In this document: one piece after another, positions 1 through 9,876 of the stretch
How the letters are laid out: every line of letters starts with the position of its first letter
Numbering within the stretch: the stretch's first letter is position 1
Assembly: GCA_963803785.1 (NCBI GenBank)
Contig: CAWDNM010000001.1
Coordinates: forward strand, 244,223 to 308,222
Origin: an uncultured Coriobacteriia bacterium
Lineage (GTDB): Bacteria > Actinomycetota > Coriobacteriia > Anaerosomatales > JAAXUF01
Reading direction: 5' to 3'
Length of the DNA stretch: 64,000 nucleotides
Notes under the pieces: model-generated
What the model saw: the letters and a program-made list of their open reading frames with translations, nothing else
What the model was told of the DNA's origin: nothing
The model's database searches: none
Translations under genes and position numbers: made by a program

Positions 1-150
1 CTCGCAGCTCCTTCTCGGCGGTGGCGAGCTTGTCGGCCGACTGCGCCCGACGATGGCGACGTCGCAGCCACGGGCGGCGTACAGCCTCGCGGTCGCCAGT
101 CCGATCCCGCTGCTTCCGCCGGTGACGATGACGGTGACGCGCTCGCTCAT
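1..150 (-). CDS. SDR family NAD(P)-dependent oxidoreductase, N-terminus only (runs off the window)
   Basis: Manual translation from ATG at 150: MSERVTVIVTGGSSGIGLATARLYAARGCDVAIVGRS, containing the TGxxxGIG Rossmann motif; not in the ORF track. Confidence 0.85.
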   Translation of the reverse strand, partial: MSERVTVIVTGGSSGIGLATARLYAARGCDVAIVGRSRPTSSPPPRRSCE

Positions 151-544
151 GCTGGCTCCTCGGTCCACGCGGGTGGCGGATCGGTCGATCAGGCTCGCAG
201 TGGAGAGCTCGGGGTGCGCGGGGACGGTGAGCGGGCAGCGCTCGGCGGCGGCCTCGGCGGTGACCGCCGCGGCGATCTCGCCGCCCTCGAAACAGGCGGC
301 GAAGCAAGGCGCCCGCAAGGTCACCGCGAACGTAGTCGCGCGGCAGCAGCGCGATGCGCTCCTCGGCGGCGAGCGCGTGCACGGGAAGCGACGCAGATGC
401 CGCGACCACGGTGACGACGGCACCGTGCTCGAGCAGCGTGGACGCGAGGGCCGCGGCATCCGTCTCCCCCGCCGATGATCGACGGCGGGTCGCCCCGCGA
501 GCTCGAGGAGAACCGGCAGTGCCTGGCTTCTCGGCGTCCCCCAA
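147..544 (-). CDS. Short precorrin-2 dehydrogenase (SirC / CysG N-terminal NAD-binding domain)-like protein, frameshifted
   Basis: Manual reading across indels: LPVLLELAGRPAV.IGGG...LLEHGAVVTVVA...RIALLPRDYVRGDLAGA; stop overlaps the SDR start (ATGA); start approximate. Confidence 0.65.
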
Positions 545-551
545 AGCCGCC

Positions 552-1403
552 TCAGCCTCTAGCGGCCGAAGATGTGGAAGCCCACCGGAACGGTACGCGC
601 GACGATGGCGACGATGACGACGAGGACGAACCCGCCGAGTGCGACCCACGACGCCGTGCGGTTCGACACGTTGCTGCCGGTAGACGAGCACGAGGTAGAT
701 GCCGAACACCAGCCATACGATACCGGACAGCATGATGCGCAGGTCGAAGTACCAGCTGGTCGACGTCGAGCTCGACCGCCCGCAGGATGCCGAGCAGCAG
801 GCCGGCGGTGTAGACCGGGAACGAGAACGATATCGCGCGGCGCGCGATCAGCTGGAGCGTGCTGAGTGACGGCAGGCGTCGCGTGACGATGTTGGAGGTG
901 TGGCTCTTGAGCTTGCCCTCCTGGAACAGGTAGATGCCCGAGGAGACGGCACCGAAGGCGAAACCGGCGTTCGCGAACACGATGAGCGCCACGTGGAAGG
1001 TGATGCGCCAGCTGTCGAGCTGCATCGCCTGCACCTCGGTGAGCTCAGCAGGCGCCATGAAGCCGCCCATGATCTGCGAGGCGCCCATGAACAGCACCGC
1101 GACAGGAATGAGGAAGGTGCCGTAGATCTTGATCTTGATGAGGTGCTCCATGACGAAGTACAGGAGCACGAGCGCCCACGAAGCCAGCATGAGCTGGTTC
1201 GGGCCGGTCAGCTGCGTCCCGTCCGTCGAGATCGAGTGCGCGCCGATCGAGAGCGTCTGGCAGATGAATCCCGCACCGGTGCAGAACCGCGCCCACCAGC
1301 CGACCTTCGAGCGCTTGAGGACGAACTGGTAGGCGTAGAGAACCGTCGCAGCGATGTAGAGCGCTAGCGAGAACCAGAACAGCACGACTGATGCTTGCGA
1401 CAC
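552..1403 (-). CDS. Cytochrome c assembly family membrane protein (HemX/YpjD/CcsA-like); frameshift near C-terminus
   Basis: Multiple TM helices; FHVALIVFA His, RLPSLSTL motif, degenerate WWD region (WYFDLR) in the shifted frame. Confidence 0.8.
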   Translation of the reverse strand: MSQASVVLFWFSLALYIAATVLYAYQFVLKRSKVGWWARFCTGAGFICQTLSIGAHSISTDGTQLTGPNQLMLASWALVLLYFVMEHLIKIKIYGTFLIPVAVLFMGASQIMGGFMAPAELTEVQAMQLDSWRITFHVALIVFANAGFAFGAVSSGIYLFQEGKLKSHTSNIVTRRLPSLSTLQLIARRAISFSFPVYTAGLLLGILRAVELDVDQLVLRPAHHAVRYRMAGVRHLPRARLPAATCRTARRRGSHSAGSSSSSSSPSSRVPFRWASTSSAARG

Positions 1404-1460
1404 GTTCGCCCTCCTCTCCGGCTCGAAACCACGTGTGGACTAGGGTACTACGACCGGTCG

Positions 1461-1656
1461 CTAGCCTGCCGAACCACTACGGCGTGCGGCGGTCTCCTCG
1501 AGCACGACCATCTCCTTCTCCATGCGGAGCAGGCGGCGAAGCACCATCGTGATGTAGACGATCGAGCGCGATCCAGAGCACGGCGTACGCGGCGATCACG
1601 TACGGGGCGTCAGCGATGACCAGCCGGTAGAGCTCGATGTTCGTTTCGTTCAGCAT
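1461..1656 (-). CDS. ccmD: CcmD-family heme exporter small subunit (frameshifted)
   Basis: MLNETNIELYRLVIADAPYVIAAY...VYITMVLRRLLRMEKE; single TM plus basic tail, directly after ccmC, GGAGG RBS. Confidence 0.7.
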
Positions 1657-1692
1657 TTCTCGCTACCTCCTATGCAAGCGGTTGTCCCGCGT

Positions 1693-2442
1693 TTAGCCTT
1701 CCAGGGAGTCCTTGACGACCTCGATGCGCTCACGCATGCGCTCCTCGCGGACTCGAATGACGTAGACCGCATAGCCGATCATCAGCATGCCGATCTGCGC
1801 CACGATGAACGGCCACAGGTTCGACTTCGCCATGCCCGACGTGAAGACGACCGGGTGGTTCGACGGAATGACGCGCGTGATGAAGAACGAGATCGGTGCG
1901 TTGATCCACGCGATGATGCCGAACACCGAGGCGTAGACCGCTCGGCGCTCCTCGTCCTCAAGCGAGTTTCGCAGAACGAAGTACGCGACCATCATCAACG
2001 TCATGATGAAGTACGTGGTCAGCCGAGGCTCCCACTCCCACCACACGCCCCACGAGGCCTTCGTCCACAGGTCGCCCGTGATGAGCGTCAGGACCACGAA
2101 GAGCAGGGCGACTTCCATCGCCACTCGCGACTTCGTGTCGTAGGCCCGGTCGCGCGTCATGAGGAAGCGGACCGCGAAGTACGCCGCCACGGTGAACACG
2201 AGGAACGACGCCTCGGCGAACGGCACGTGGAAGTAGAAGATCTTCTGGCTGAACCAGGGGCGCGCGTACTGGAAGCCGTCGGCCCCCTGCCCAAGGAGCG
2301 GGAAGACCGTGTCGATGCGGCTCGGCAGCGTGACCGCTCCGAACTGCTGGACCTCGGCTGTGAAGAACGACATGAGGAACGCGACCGTCGTCATCACCCC
2401 GCCGACGATAGCCAGCCACAACGCGACTCGAATCTGTTTCAT
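1693..2442 (-). CDS. ccmC: Heme exporter protein CcmC
   Basis: KIFYFHVP and WTKASWGVWWEWEPRLTT (WWD domain), HP motif; operon context. Confidence 0.93.
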   Translation of the reverse strand: MKQIRVALWLAIVGGVMTTVAFLMSFFTAEVQQFGAVTLPSRIDTVFPLLGQGADGFQYARPWFSQKIFYFHVPFAEASFLVFTVAAYFAVRFLMTRDRAYDTKSRVAMEVALLFVVLTLITGDLWTKASWGVWWEWEPRLTTYFIMTLMMVAYFVLRNSLEDEERRAVYASVFGIIAWINAPISFFITRVIPSNHPVVFTSGMAKSNLWPFIVAQIGMLMIGYAVYVIRVREERMRERIEVVKDSLEG

Positions 2443-2475
2443 CGTCGACCCTTCTCGACTGCAGACCCGGCGCTT

Positions 2476-3204
2476 CTAGGCGCCGAGGACGAACTCGTAC
2501 AGAGCGTATGCCGCGAGCAGCATGATCGCATCGTACCCGCCCGCAACCGCGAGCATCCTCCAGTACACGACCATGTTGGGACTCGCGTTCAGTATCGCCC
2601 ACGTCGCCGCAACCACCGCGAGCAGCAGCGGGAACATGATCGGGATGAACAGCACCGCGAGCACGAAGTCCTTACCCGTCGTGTTCACCGACATAGTGGC
2701 AAGCAGCGTGCCGACTCCCGCGATGCCGATGGAACCCGACCAGGAGCACGAGAGCGAGGTAGCCCCAGGTCGCGCGGACCCTGCGAGTACTTGCCGGCGT
2801 TGAAGATGATCATGAACAGCGGGGTGACGAACACCTCGACGATCAGCAGGAACAGCAGGTTGCCTATCGCCTTGCCGAAGAAGATGACCGGCCGGTCGAC
2901 CGGCGCGAGCAGCAGCGCGTCGAGGCATCCCTGGTCCTTCTCGTGCACGAGCGAGCGGTTCAGCCCAAGCAGCGACGTGAAGACGATCGCGAGCCACAAG
3001 CAGGCCGCCGGCGATGTTGGTGACGTCGAACGCGCGCCCGGCCTGCGACAGCGCGATGTAGTAGATGAGCAGCACGAGCAGCGCGTACAGCCCCATCGAG
3101 GTGAGCATCTCCTTGGTGCGCAGCTCCATGACGATGTCCTTCTTCAGGATCGCCTTGAACTGGCGCATGCCGGAGATGTGCAGGCTCTGCTTCTTCTCGG
3201 CCAT
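2476..3204 (-). CDS. ccmB: Heme exporter protein CcmB (frameshifted)
   Basis: KDIVMELRTKE, EKDQGCLDALLLAPVDR..IFFGK, LAVLFIPIMFPLL across ORFs 2476-3204 and 2685-2999. Confidence 0.9.
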   Translation of the reverse strand: MAEKKQSLHISGMRQFKAILKKDIVMELRTKEMLTSMGLYALLVLLIYYIALSQAGRAFDVTNIAGGLLVARDRLHVAAWAEPLARAREGPGMPRRAAARAGRPAGHLLRQGDRQPAVPADRRGVRHPAVHDHLQRRQVLAGSARPGATSLSCSWSGSIGIAGVGTLLATMSVNTTGKDFVLAVLFIPIMFPLLLAVVAATWAILNASPNMVVYWRMLAVAGGYDAIMLLAAYALYEFVLGA

Positions 3205-3208
3205 GGGG

Positions 3209-3941
3209 CTACGACACCCCCATGCCGACGGTTGCGCGGTACGTCGCCGCGAACGCGTCGGGGTCGATCGCCTCGCGCTCCTCGAAGAGCACGATCTTGC
3301 CCTTCGCGAGAATGAGCGCGTGGCTGCACAGCTCGAGACCCTTCTGCAGGTCGTGGCTGATCATCACGAAGGTGTGCTCGTCGCGAATCTGGGCGATGAG
3401 CGAGTCGAGGATGTCCATCGCATGCGGATCGAGACCCGAGTACGGCTCGTCGAGGAAGATGACGTCGGGCTTGTGCAGGAGCGAGCGCGCGATCGACAGG
3501 CGCTGGACCATGCCGCGCGAGAAGGTCCGCACGGCGTCGAGCCGCCGGTGGTCGAGCTCCACCGCGGTCAAGCAGCTCCTTGACGCGCGCCTTGGGGTCC
3601 TCGATGCAGTAGAGGTCGGCGAAGAACTCGAGGTTCTCCTCGGCGGTGAGGTCGGGGTAGAGGAGCGGGTTGTGGCTGATGAAGCCGATCCGCTCGCGCA
3701 GCTCGACCGCGTCCTCGACCACGTCGAGCCCCATGATGCTCGCCTTGCCCTTGGACGGCGACGTGAGCGTGGAGAGCACCTTGAGCATGGTGGTCTTGCC
3801 GGCACCGTTCGGTCCGAAGATCGACAGGAACGCGCCGCGCGGCAGGTCGAAGGTCACCTTGTCGAGCGCCTTGCGCGCACCGAAGGTCCGGGACAGATCC
3901 CGGACCTCCAGCGCGAACTCTGTGTTGGTTGGTTCGGTCAT
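3209..3941 (-). CDS. ccmA: Heme ABC exporter ATP-binding protein CcmA (frameshifted)
   Basis: Walker A GPNGAGKTT, FSRGMVQR signature, Walker B FLDEPYSGLD; lies between ccmF and ccmB. Confidence 0.9.
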
Positions 3942-3944
3942 CAG

Positions 3945-6111
3945 CTAGCGCTTCGCCCGCTTACCGGAACTCGCCTTGAACGGTGCGGGCTTCACGGGTC
4001 GCGGGAACGGGCGCGACGGCGCCGCCCTTCTTGGGCCACGTGGCGAGGCTCGTACCGATGAGCAGCAGGATGAATCCGCCCCACGAGAACCAGATGAGCG
4101 GGTTGACCTTCACGTTGACCGTGATGCCGGTCTCGTCGGCCTGCTGCATCGAGACGAAGATGTCACGCAGCGGCTCCGAGAGGACGCTGGCGTCGGTGCG
4201 TGTCTGCTGGTTGGCCACGAAGGTCGTCTGGCCCGGAGTGATGGTGCCGACCTTGCGCCCGTCACGCGACACGTCGAGATTCAGGGTGTTGACCTCATTG
4301 CCGTTGGCGAGCGTCTTCGGAGTCAGAACCCGTGTAGGTGAACGTGTACCCCTCGACCGTGAAGGTCGAGCCCGGCTTCTGCGGGATCGTGTAGTTGTTG
4401 TCGTAGACGTACATCGCCGAGCCGACCAGGCCGATCAGGATGATGCCGATACCGATGTGCGCGATGTAGCCGCCCGACTGGCTGCGCGCCTTGGTCAGGA
4501 TGTTCCACAGCGCGGTGCCGATGCTCTCGCCACGCGCCGCGGCCCGCTTCCGCGCACCGGTGACGAACATCGAGCCGGTCGTCGCAATGACGAGCGATGC
4601 CGCGAACAGGCCGAGAATACCGAGCGCGTTGTAGTAGCCCGCGGGACCGGCTCCGGCCATCTTGGCCGCCGGAGCGTTCGTCGCGGCCATCGCGACCATC
4701 TTGTTGTAGATCGGCAGCAGCGTCGTCGAGAACTCGACGACGAGCAGCGCGAATATGCCCAGCGCGGCGACGAGCGGCCACTTCACACGGTTCCAGAACG
4801 TCGGACCGTCAGTGGTGCGCCACGACAGGATCGGGCACACCGCAAGAATGAACGACGTAGAGGATGCCGACGGGACGGGCGACCGAGTCGAACGTGGTCG
4901 GCGGGATCGAGCGGCCGCCGAACAGCATCCACGACGGAAGCGCCGACGAGATGGTCAGGTAGGCCACGAGCAGGCCGGCGACGAGCATGATGACGTTGTT
5001 GAAGTAGTAGGCGGCCTCTTTGCCGGTGAGCGACTCGAACTCGTCGTTGCCCTCGAACGTGCCCTTGCGCAGCATCGGGCCGAACACCGCGACCGCGAAC
5101 GCCGCGATGATCATCGCCGGCGAACAGGTAGAGCGAGACCGGGATCGGCCTGGAACGCGTGCACCGACTGCACGATGCCCGAGCGCGTGATGAACGTGCC
5201 GAGGATGACGAGCGCGAAGGTGACCGAAGCCAGGGCGATCGCCCACTTCTTGAAGCCGCCGCGCTTGCGATAGATCGTGAAGCTGTGGAGCAGGCCGACG
5301 CCGGTCAGCCACGGAAGCAGCGAGGCGTTCTCCACCGGGTCCCAGCCCCAGTAGCCGCCCCAACCGAGGACGACGTAGGCCCAGACCGAGCCCAGGCCGA
5401 TGCCCGCGCCCAGGAACAGCCACGAGAAGATGGTGATGCGGTCGACGATCTTGACCCACGCGTCCGAGCCGTCGTTGACGATGATCGCCGCGACCGCGAA
5501 CGCGAAGGGAATCGTGAGACCCGCGTAGCCGATGAACAGCGTCGGCGGGTGGAGGATCATCGCCCAGTGCTGCAGCAGCGGGTTCATGCCCCAGGAGGCA
5601 GCCTCGCCGACGAGGTTGCCGGCCGCATCGAGCAATCCTGGGTCGGTTGCCTTGAACGGATTGTTCGGCGTCGAGAACAGCATGCCGCCCGCGAAGAGCA
5701 CGAGCACGACGTTCGTGACCATGAGCCCCATGTTGGAGAGCGCATCCATGAACGGCGCGCGCTTGTAGGCGACCCAGGCCGCGAACAGCGACAGCAGCCA
5801 GCCCCAGAACATGAACGACCCCTCGCGGCCGGCCCACAGCGCCGACAGAGTGTAGAGCCACGCGAGGCTCGACACGTCACGGACTGTGGTTCTCGGCGAC
5901 GTAGAGGAAGGAGAAGTCATTGCTGTAGAACGCGACGACCATGATGACGACGGCAGCCGTGAACGCCCCTGCCGAGACGTACGTCCCCCAATAGCCGACC
6001 TTGGAGATCGCCTCGCCGCCCTTGCGATTGTGACCCATGAGCAGAGCCGCAATCGTCAGTGATGCCGGACAGCAGTGCCAGTCCAAGCATGGTCAACCCC
6101 AGCGTTACCAT
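3945..6111 (-). CDS. ccmF: Cytochrome c heme lyase CcmF (several frameshifts)
   Basis: LWAGREGS, MNPLLQHWAMILHPP, WGGYWGWDPVENAS, TRSGIVQSVHAF, GGYIAHIG, KVNPLIWFSWGG. Confidence 0.95.
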
Positions 6112-6145
6112 TCATCGACTCCGTTCGGTTGTCGGTCTCAAGAGA

Positions 6146-6172
6146 GGTCGCGGCCGAGATTCGGCCGCGACC
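6146..6172 (-). terminator. Intra-operon hairpin between ccmE and ccmF
   Basis: Perfect 12-bp stem GGTCGCGGCCGA-gat-TCGGCCGCGACC; weak U tail on the minus strand. Confidence 0.55.
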
Positions 6173-6182
6173 GTCTGTTCAG

Positions 6183-6872
6183 CTACTTCTGGCTCTCCTC
6201 GAGCGCGACGCTCGTCGCGACGAACACGCCCTGCTCGAGCGCTCCTCCCATGACGACCTGCGAGCCGTCCTTCATGCCATCGGGAAGCACGGCCGAGAAG
6301 TCGACCGGTAGGGTCTTGCCGCTACCGTCGGCGTTCTGGGCGACGATGAATCGAACGCCGGTCGAGCCGGCCGGGGCGATCGAGCCGGGCTTCACGTACC
6401 CGGTCGTGCGAACCGGCTTGCCCTCCATGCTGGCGCCGCTGCCGATGAGGTCCGCAACCGGCGTGGCGCCGGTGGCCGACTCGTACTTGGACGGGCACTT
6501 GGTGATCATGTCGGTCGCGTTGACGGTGCCGTCACTGGCGAGCTTGCCCGTCACGATCGCGACAACGCCGTCACCGAAGGTGGCCGGCACGGTGCCGGTG
6601 TAGACGACCTTGAGGGTGGGACCGGTGCCGGTCTTGTCGTTCTCGCCGCGAATCACGAAGCGCATGGGGTTGGACTTCTTGTCCCACGAGCCGGCGACGA
6701 CAGTGCCGCCGACCTTGACCTGCTCGCCGACGAGCGAGCTGTCCCCGGCCACCGAGGCCAGGTCGCCCTCGTAGGCACCCTGCTTGCCGCCCGTGTAGTA
6801 GACCATGGCAGCGACAGCGATGAGAATCGCAGCCGTCACGCCGATAAGTCGAATGCGAGCGCGCTTGTTCAC
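6183..6872 (-). CDS. ccmE: Heme chaperone CcmE, CxxxY type, with a duplicated OB-like domain
   Basis: N-terminal TM; VKVGGTVVAGS, VVYTGTVPATFGDG, TKCPSKY; second CcmE-like repeat follows. Confidence 0.92.
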   Translation of the reverse strand: MNKRARIRLIGVTAAILIAVAAMVYYTGGKQGAYEGDLASVAGDSSLVGEQVKVGGTVVAGSWDKKSNPMRFVIRGENDKTGTGPTLKVVYTGTVPATFGDGVVAIVTGKLASDGTVNATDMITKCPSKYESATGATPVADLIGSGASMEGKPVRTTGYVKPGSIAPAGSTGVRFIVAQNADGSGKTLPVDFSAVLPDGMKDGSQVVMGGALEQGVFVATSVALEESQK

Positions 6873-7168
6873 GTACTCAACTCCTTAACGCATGCAGCTG
6901 CCCGAAGCAGCCGTGCGTGCCTGTGGAAGAGAGGCGCCCGCGCACAATCCCGCGCAGGGACGACACCGCTTTTCCAACCGCTTGCCTGAACAGGTCGATA
7001 CTAGCACCGCCGTGCGTCCCGACGCTAGCCTGAACGCAACTTAATGCTGCTCGTACTTGCGCGCGTTCAGAGCAAACGACTTGCCGAAACCCTCGCTGTG
7101 CGCAAGAACCACTCAAGTACACACATCTAGCGCTCGCATGAGCTTCACTTCGCAGGCCGAATCGGCCA

Positions 7169-8110
7169 CTACGCCGTCGTGCTGTCGCTGTTCTGGAGCC
7201 ACAGAACGTCGGGCTTGAACCCCACGCTGTCGAGCAGTTCACGGTACCGCTCCGGCGACAGCTCGACCTTCGCGTTGTCGAGCGCGACCATCGTCGCCTC
7301 GATGACGTTCGTACCGAAGGAGCGGCCGTCGAGCCGCGGAGTCGACGTGACGAGCAGTTCGACACCTCGCTCGCGGCACAGGTCCACATCGGCCGCGGTC
7401 GTGGTGTTCGTGATGATCCACTTGCCTCGCATGTCCGGCGGCATGTACTTCTTCACGAACTGCCAGTCACCGGCGATGATGTCGGCCCAGTTGTAGAGCT
7501 GGCCGGCCTTCGGGTTGACCTTGGGAAGTCTCGTCCTGCTTCTCGCCGACCGGATAGAGCACCGAGAACGGCAGCTGCGCGACGAGCGGCGTCAGAACGC
7601 GAACGAGCACCTTGAGCGAACCCCAGCGCTTGATGATGAAGGGAAGGTCGAGCGCGTAGAACAGGTCGCCGAAGACCTGTTCGGTCCCCGCGTTCTGAAG
7701 CGCTTCGGCCATGCCCCACCGGTCGACCGCCGAGGTCATCAGTACCTTCTTGCCGGCGAGCACGAGCCCGTGCGCGCTCTTGAGATAGTCGATGGTCGAG
7801 CCCTCGACCGGGCCCTTCAGGCCGCTGCCGTCGACGACCGGCGTGACCTTGAACGTTCTTGACGAGCTGCTTGGCGTCTCGGAAGAAGTACTTGCGGCCG
7901 TCGGCACGCAGGTACATGTCGATGCCGCCCATGCCCGAACGCCGCAACCTTGCCGTCGAGCTCGGCGAAACGCGCGGCCGCCTTCTCGAAGTCACCGTCG
8001 TAGCCTTCTCGGCGGATCCTGAACTGCTCGCCGAGCAGTTCGATCTCGACCTCGTGGTCGCGGCTGGACGAGCCGATCGAGACGCTCACGACCTCTTTGA
8101 TGGCTGCCAC
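7169..8110 (-). CDS. Conserved uncharacterised protein (resembles a family I recall being auto-labelled 'quinate 5-dehydrogenase'); frameshifted
   Basis: VVSVSIGSSSRDHEV, LDGKVAAFGMGGID, TPVVDGSGLK, SAVDRWGMA, TPRLDGRSFGTNVIEA across four partial ORFs; function unverified. Confidence 0.75.
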
Positions 8111-8700
8111 CTCCCGGTGAGATTCTCGGCGTTCTTCAGTGCGGCGCCTCCGCGGCTCGTGGAGCCGTGCGCGGGACGTGCGGACATGACGCCGGACAGG
8201 ATCTCGTCGAGCTGCTCGAGGTCGACGGTCACGGCCGCGCGCAACGGCGATGGCCCGAGCGGCACACCGACGACCTCGGTGCCGAGGATGCGCTCCATGG
8301 TCTTGATGCGCCAGTCGCTCGCCATGAGCACGAGCGTGTCGTAGTCGCGCAGCGTGGCGATCGTCTCGAGCAGCGTGTTGAACACCGCGGTGACCTCACC
8401 GGATTCGATGTCCTCCCGCTCCTCCTGAGACAGGACGAGCACGAAGTCGAGGGCGTGGCGCTCGGCAAGCTCCTTGACGGCATCGGCGTTGGCGATCGGG
8501 AAGCCGACCAGCGCGACGCGACTACCCTTGCGAACCTCGCCGAGCGTCTCGAGGAAGCTCACGAACGAGCGCTGCACGCCATGGCTCTTGGCGACGTCGT
8601 CCTGAGTCGCACCGGCCTCCCGGTCCTCGAGAATCGCGGTGATGGCGTCGCGAAGCTTGTCCTCGCTGACGACCTTGTCGCCGATCCGGTAGAGCCTCAC
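8086..8700 (-). CDS. Putative transcriptional regulator: N-terminal HTH plus alpha/beta C-terminal domain
   Basis: GTG at 8700 with GGAGG RBS; GATQDDVAKSHGVQRSFVSFLE is XRE-like HTH; overlaps the downstream gene start. Confidence 0.75.
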   Translation of the reverse strand: MRLYRIGDKVVSEDKLRDAITAILEDREAGATQDDVAKSHGVQRSFVSFLETLGEVRKGSRVALVGFPIANADAVKELAERHALDFVLVLSQEEREDIESGEVTAVFNTLLETIATLRDYDTLVLMASDWRIKTMERILGTEVVGVPLGPSPLRAAVTVDLEQLDEILSGVMSARPAHGSTSRGGAALKNAENLTGRWQPSKRS

Positions 8701-8726
8701 GCGCGCCTCCCCTCGCCTGCTCGCGC

Positions 8727-8757
8727 GTACACACGCTTGTGCACACCGCCGAGTATA
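8727..8757 (-). promoter_or_regulatory. -10 element and candidate operator of the HTH gene
   Basis: TATACT (minus, 8752-8757) followed by the 7-4-7 palindrome GTACACA-cgct-TGTGCAC (8727-8744). Confidence 0.45.
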
Positions 8758-8843
8758 CGCGAGCGCGACGCGCGCGGACCCGCCGCTGCCTCGCTCGTCT
8801 CGGGTATGGTTGTACCGAGGCGTCCTTCTCGGAAGGCGGGCTC

Positions 8844-9871
8844 TTGGAACACGCACTCGAGGTCTACAACGCAGTCGCGGCGGTCGTCGATCCCGTCTAC
8901 CTGGTGGGCGGGTCCGTTCGCGACGTGCTGATGCGGCGCGAGTGCAGCGACTACGACTTCACCACGCCGCTCGTGCCCGACCGCATCGAGGCCGCCGTTC
9001 GCGAGGCGGGGCGGCAAGCCGTACCTCATCGGCAAGAAGTACGGCACCGTGGGGTTCAAGGCCGACGGGCGCCTGGTCGAGGTCACGACGTTTCGCTCCG
9101 AGGTCTACCCCGACGACACCCGCAGGCCCGAGGTGGTGTTCCTCGACGACCTCGCGGCAGACCTCGCGCGGCGCGACTTCACGATCAACGCGATCGCGAT
9201 GCAGGGCGAGCAGATCATCGACCTGTTCGGCGGTCAGGCCGACATCGAGGCGCGCGTCATCCGCGCCGTCGGCAACCCGCGCGAGCGGTTCAAGGAGGAC
9301 CCGCTGCGGATGCTTCGCGCCGCTCGATTCGCCTCGCAGCTCGGGTTCTCCGTCGAGCCGGCGACCACGGGCGCGATGGAGCGCTACGCGCACCGCATCC
9401 TGCACGTCGCGCGCGAGCGCTGGATGGCCGAACTCGACAAGCTGCTCGTCGGCCAGAGCGTCGTCTACGGACTCGAGCTGCTCGCCGCCACCGGCCTGCT
9501 TGCGCTTCATGCTGCCCGAGCTCGAGCTGCAGGTCGGGCTACGACCAGAACTCGCCCTACCACGACCGCACGCTGTTCGAGCACACCGTCGGGCGTCGTC
9601 GCCGCGACCGAGCCCGACGTCACGCTGCGCTGGGGCGCCCTGCTGCACGACGTCGCCAAGCCCTTCGTCCGCGCCGAGAAGCCCGGCCGCAGCACGTACG
9701 TGAAGCACGACCTGCTCGGCGTGGAGCTGGTCGAGCGCATGGCGCTGTACCTGAAGTGGTCCAAGGCGCGCCGCGAAGACGTGCGCGAACTCGTGCGCGA
9801 CCACCTGCTCGAGACGAGCCCGCTGCGCGAGGCCGACATGAGCGCGAAGCCGGACCGGGACACCGGAGTAG
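8844..9871 (+). CDS. CCA tRNA nucleotidyltransferase/poly(A) polymerase family protein with HD region (frameshifted, short)
   Basis: YLVGGSVRD..DYD, EVTTFR, DLARRDFTINA, EDPLRMLRAARF, LLHDVAKP; end approximate. Confidence 0.88.
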
Positions 9872-9876
9872 GGTCG

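Noticed and set aside
1672-3315. 547-aa plus-strand ORF opposite ccmABC, and many similar Arg/Ala/Pro-rich ORFs
   Set aside because: Shadow ORFs of high-GC DNA with no family motifs.
6873-7165. Possible c-di-GMP riboswitch or Rex box upstream of ccmE
   Set aside because: The GCAAA..GAAA fragments are on the wrong strand and lack the paired stems; no TTGTGAA-N4-TTCACAA. Only a TAGTAT -10 and a loose CTGAACGC inverted repeat are visible.
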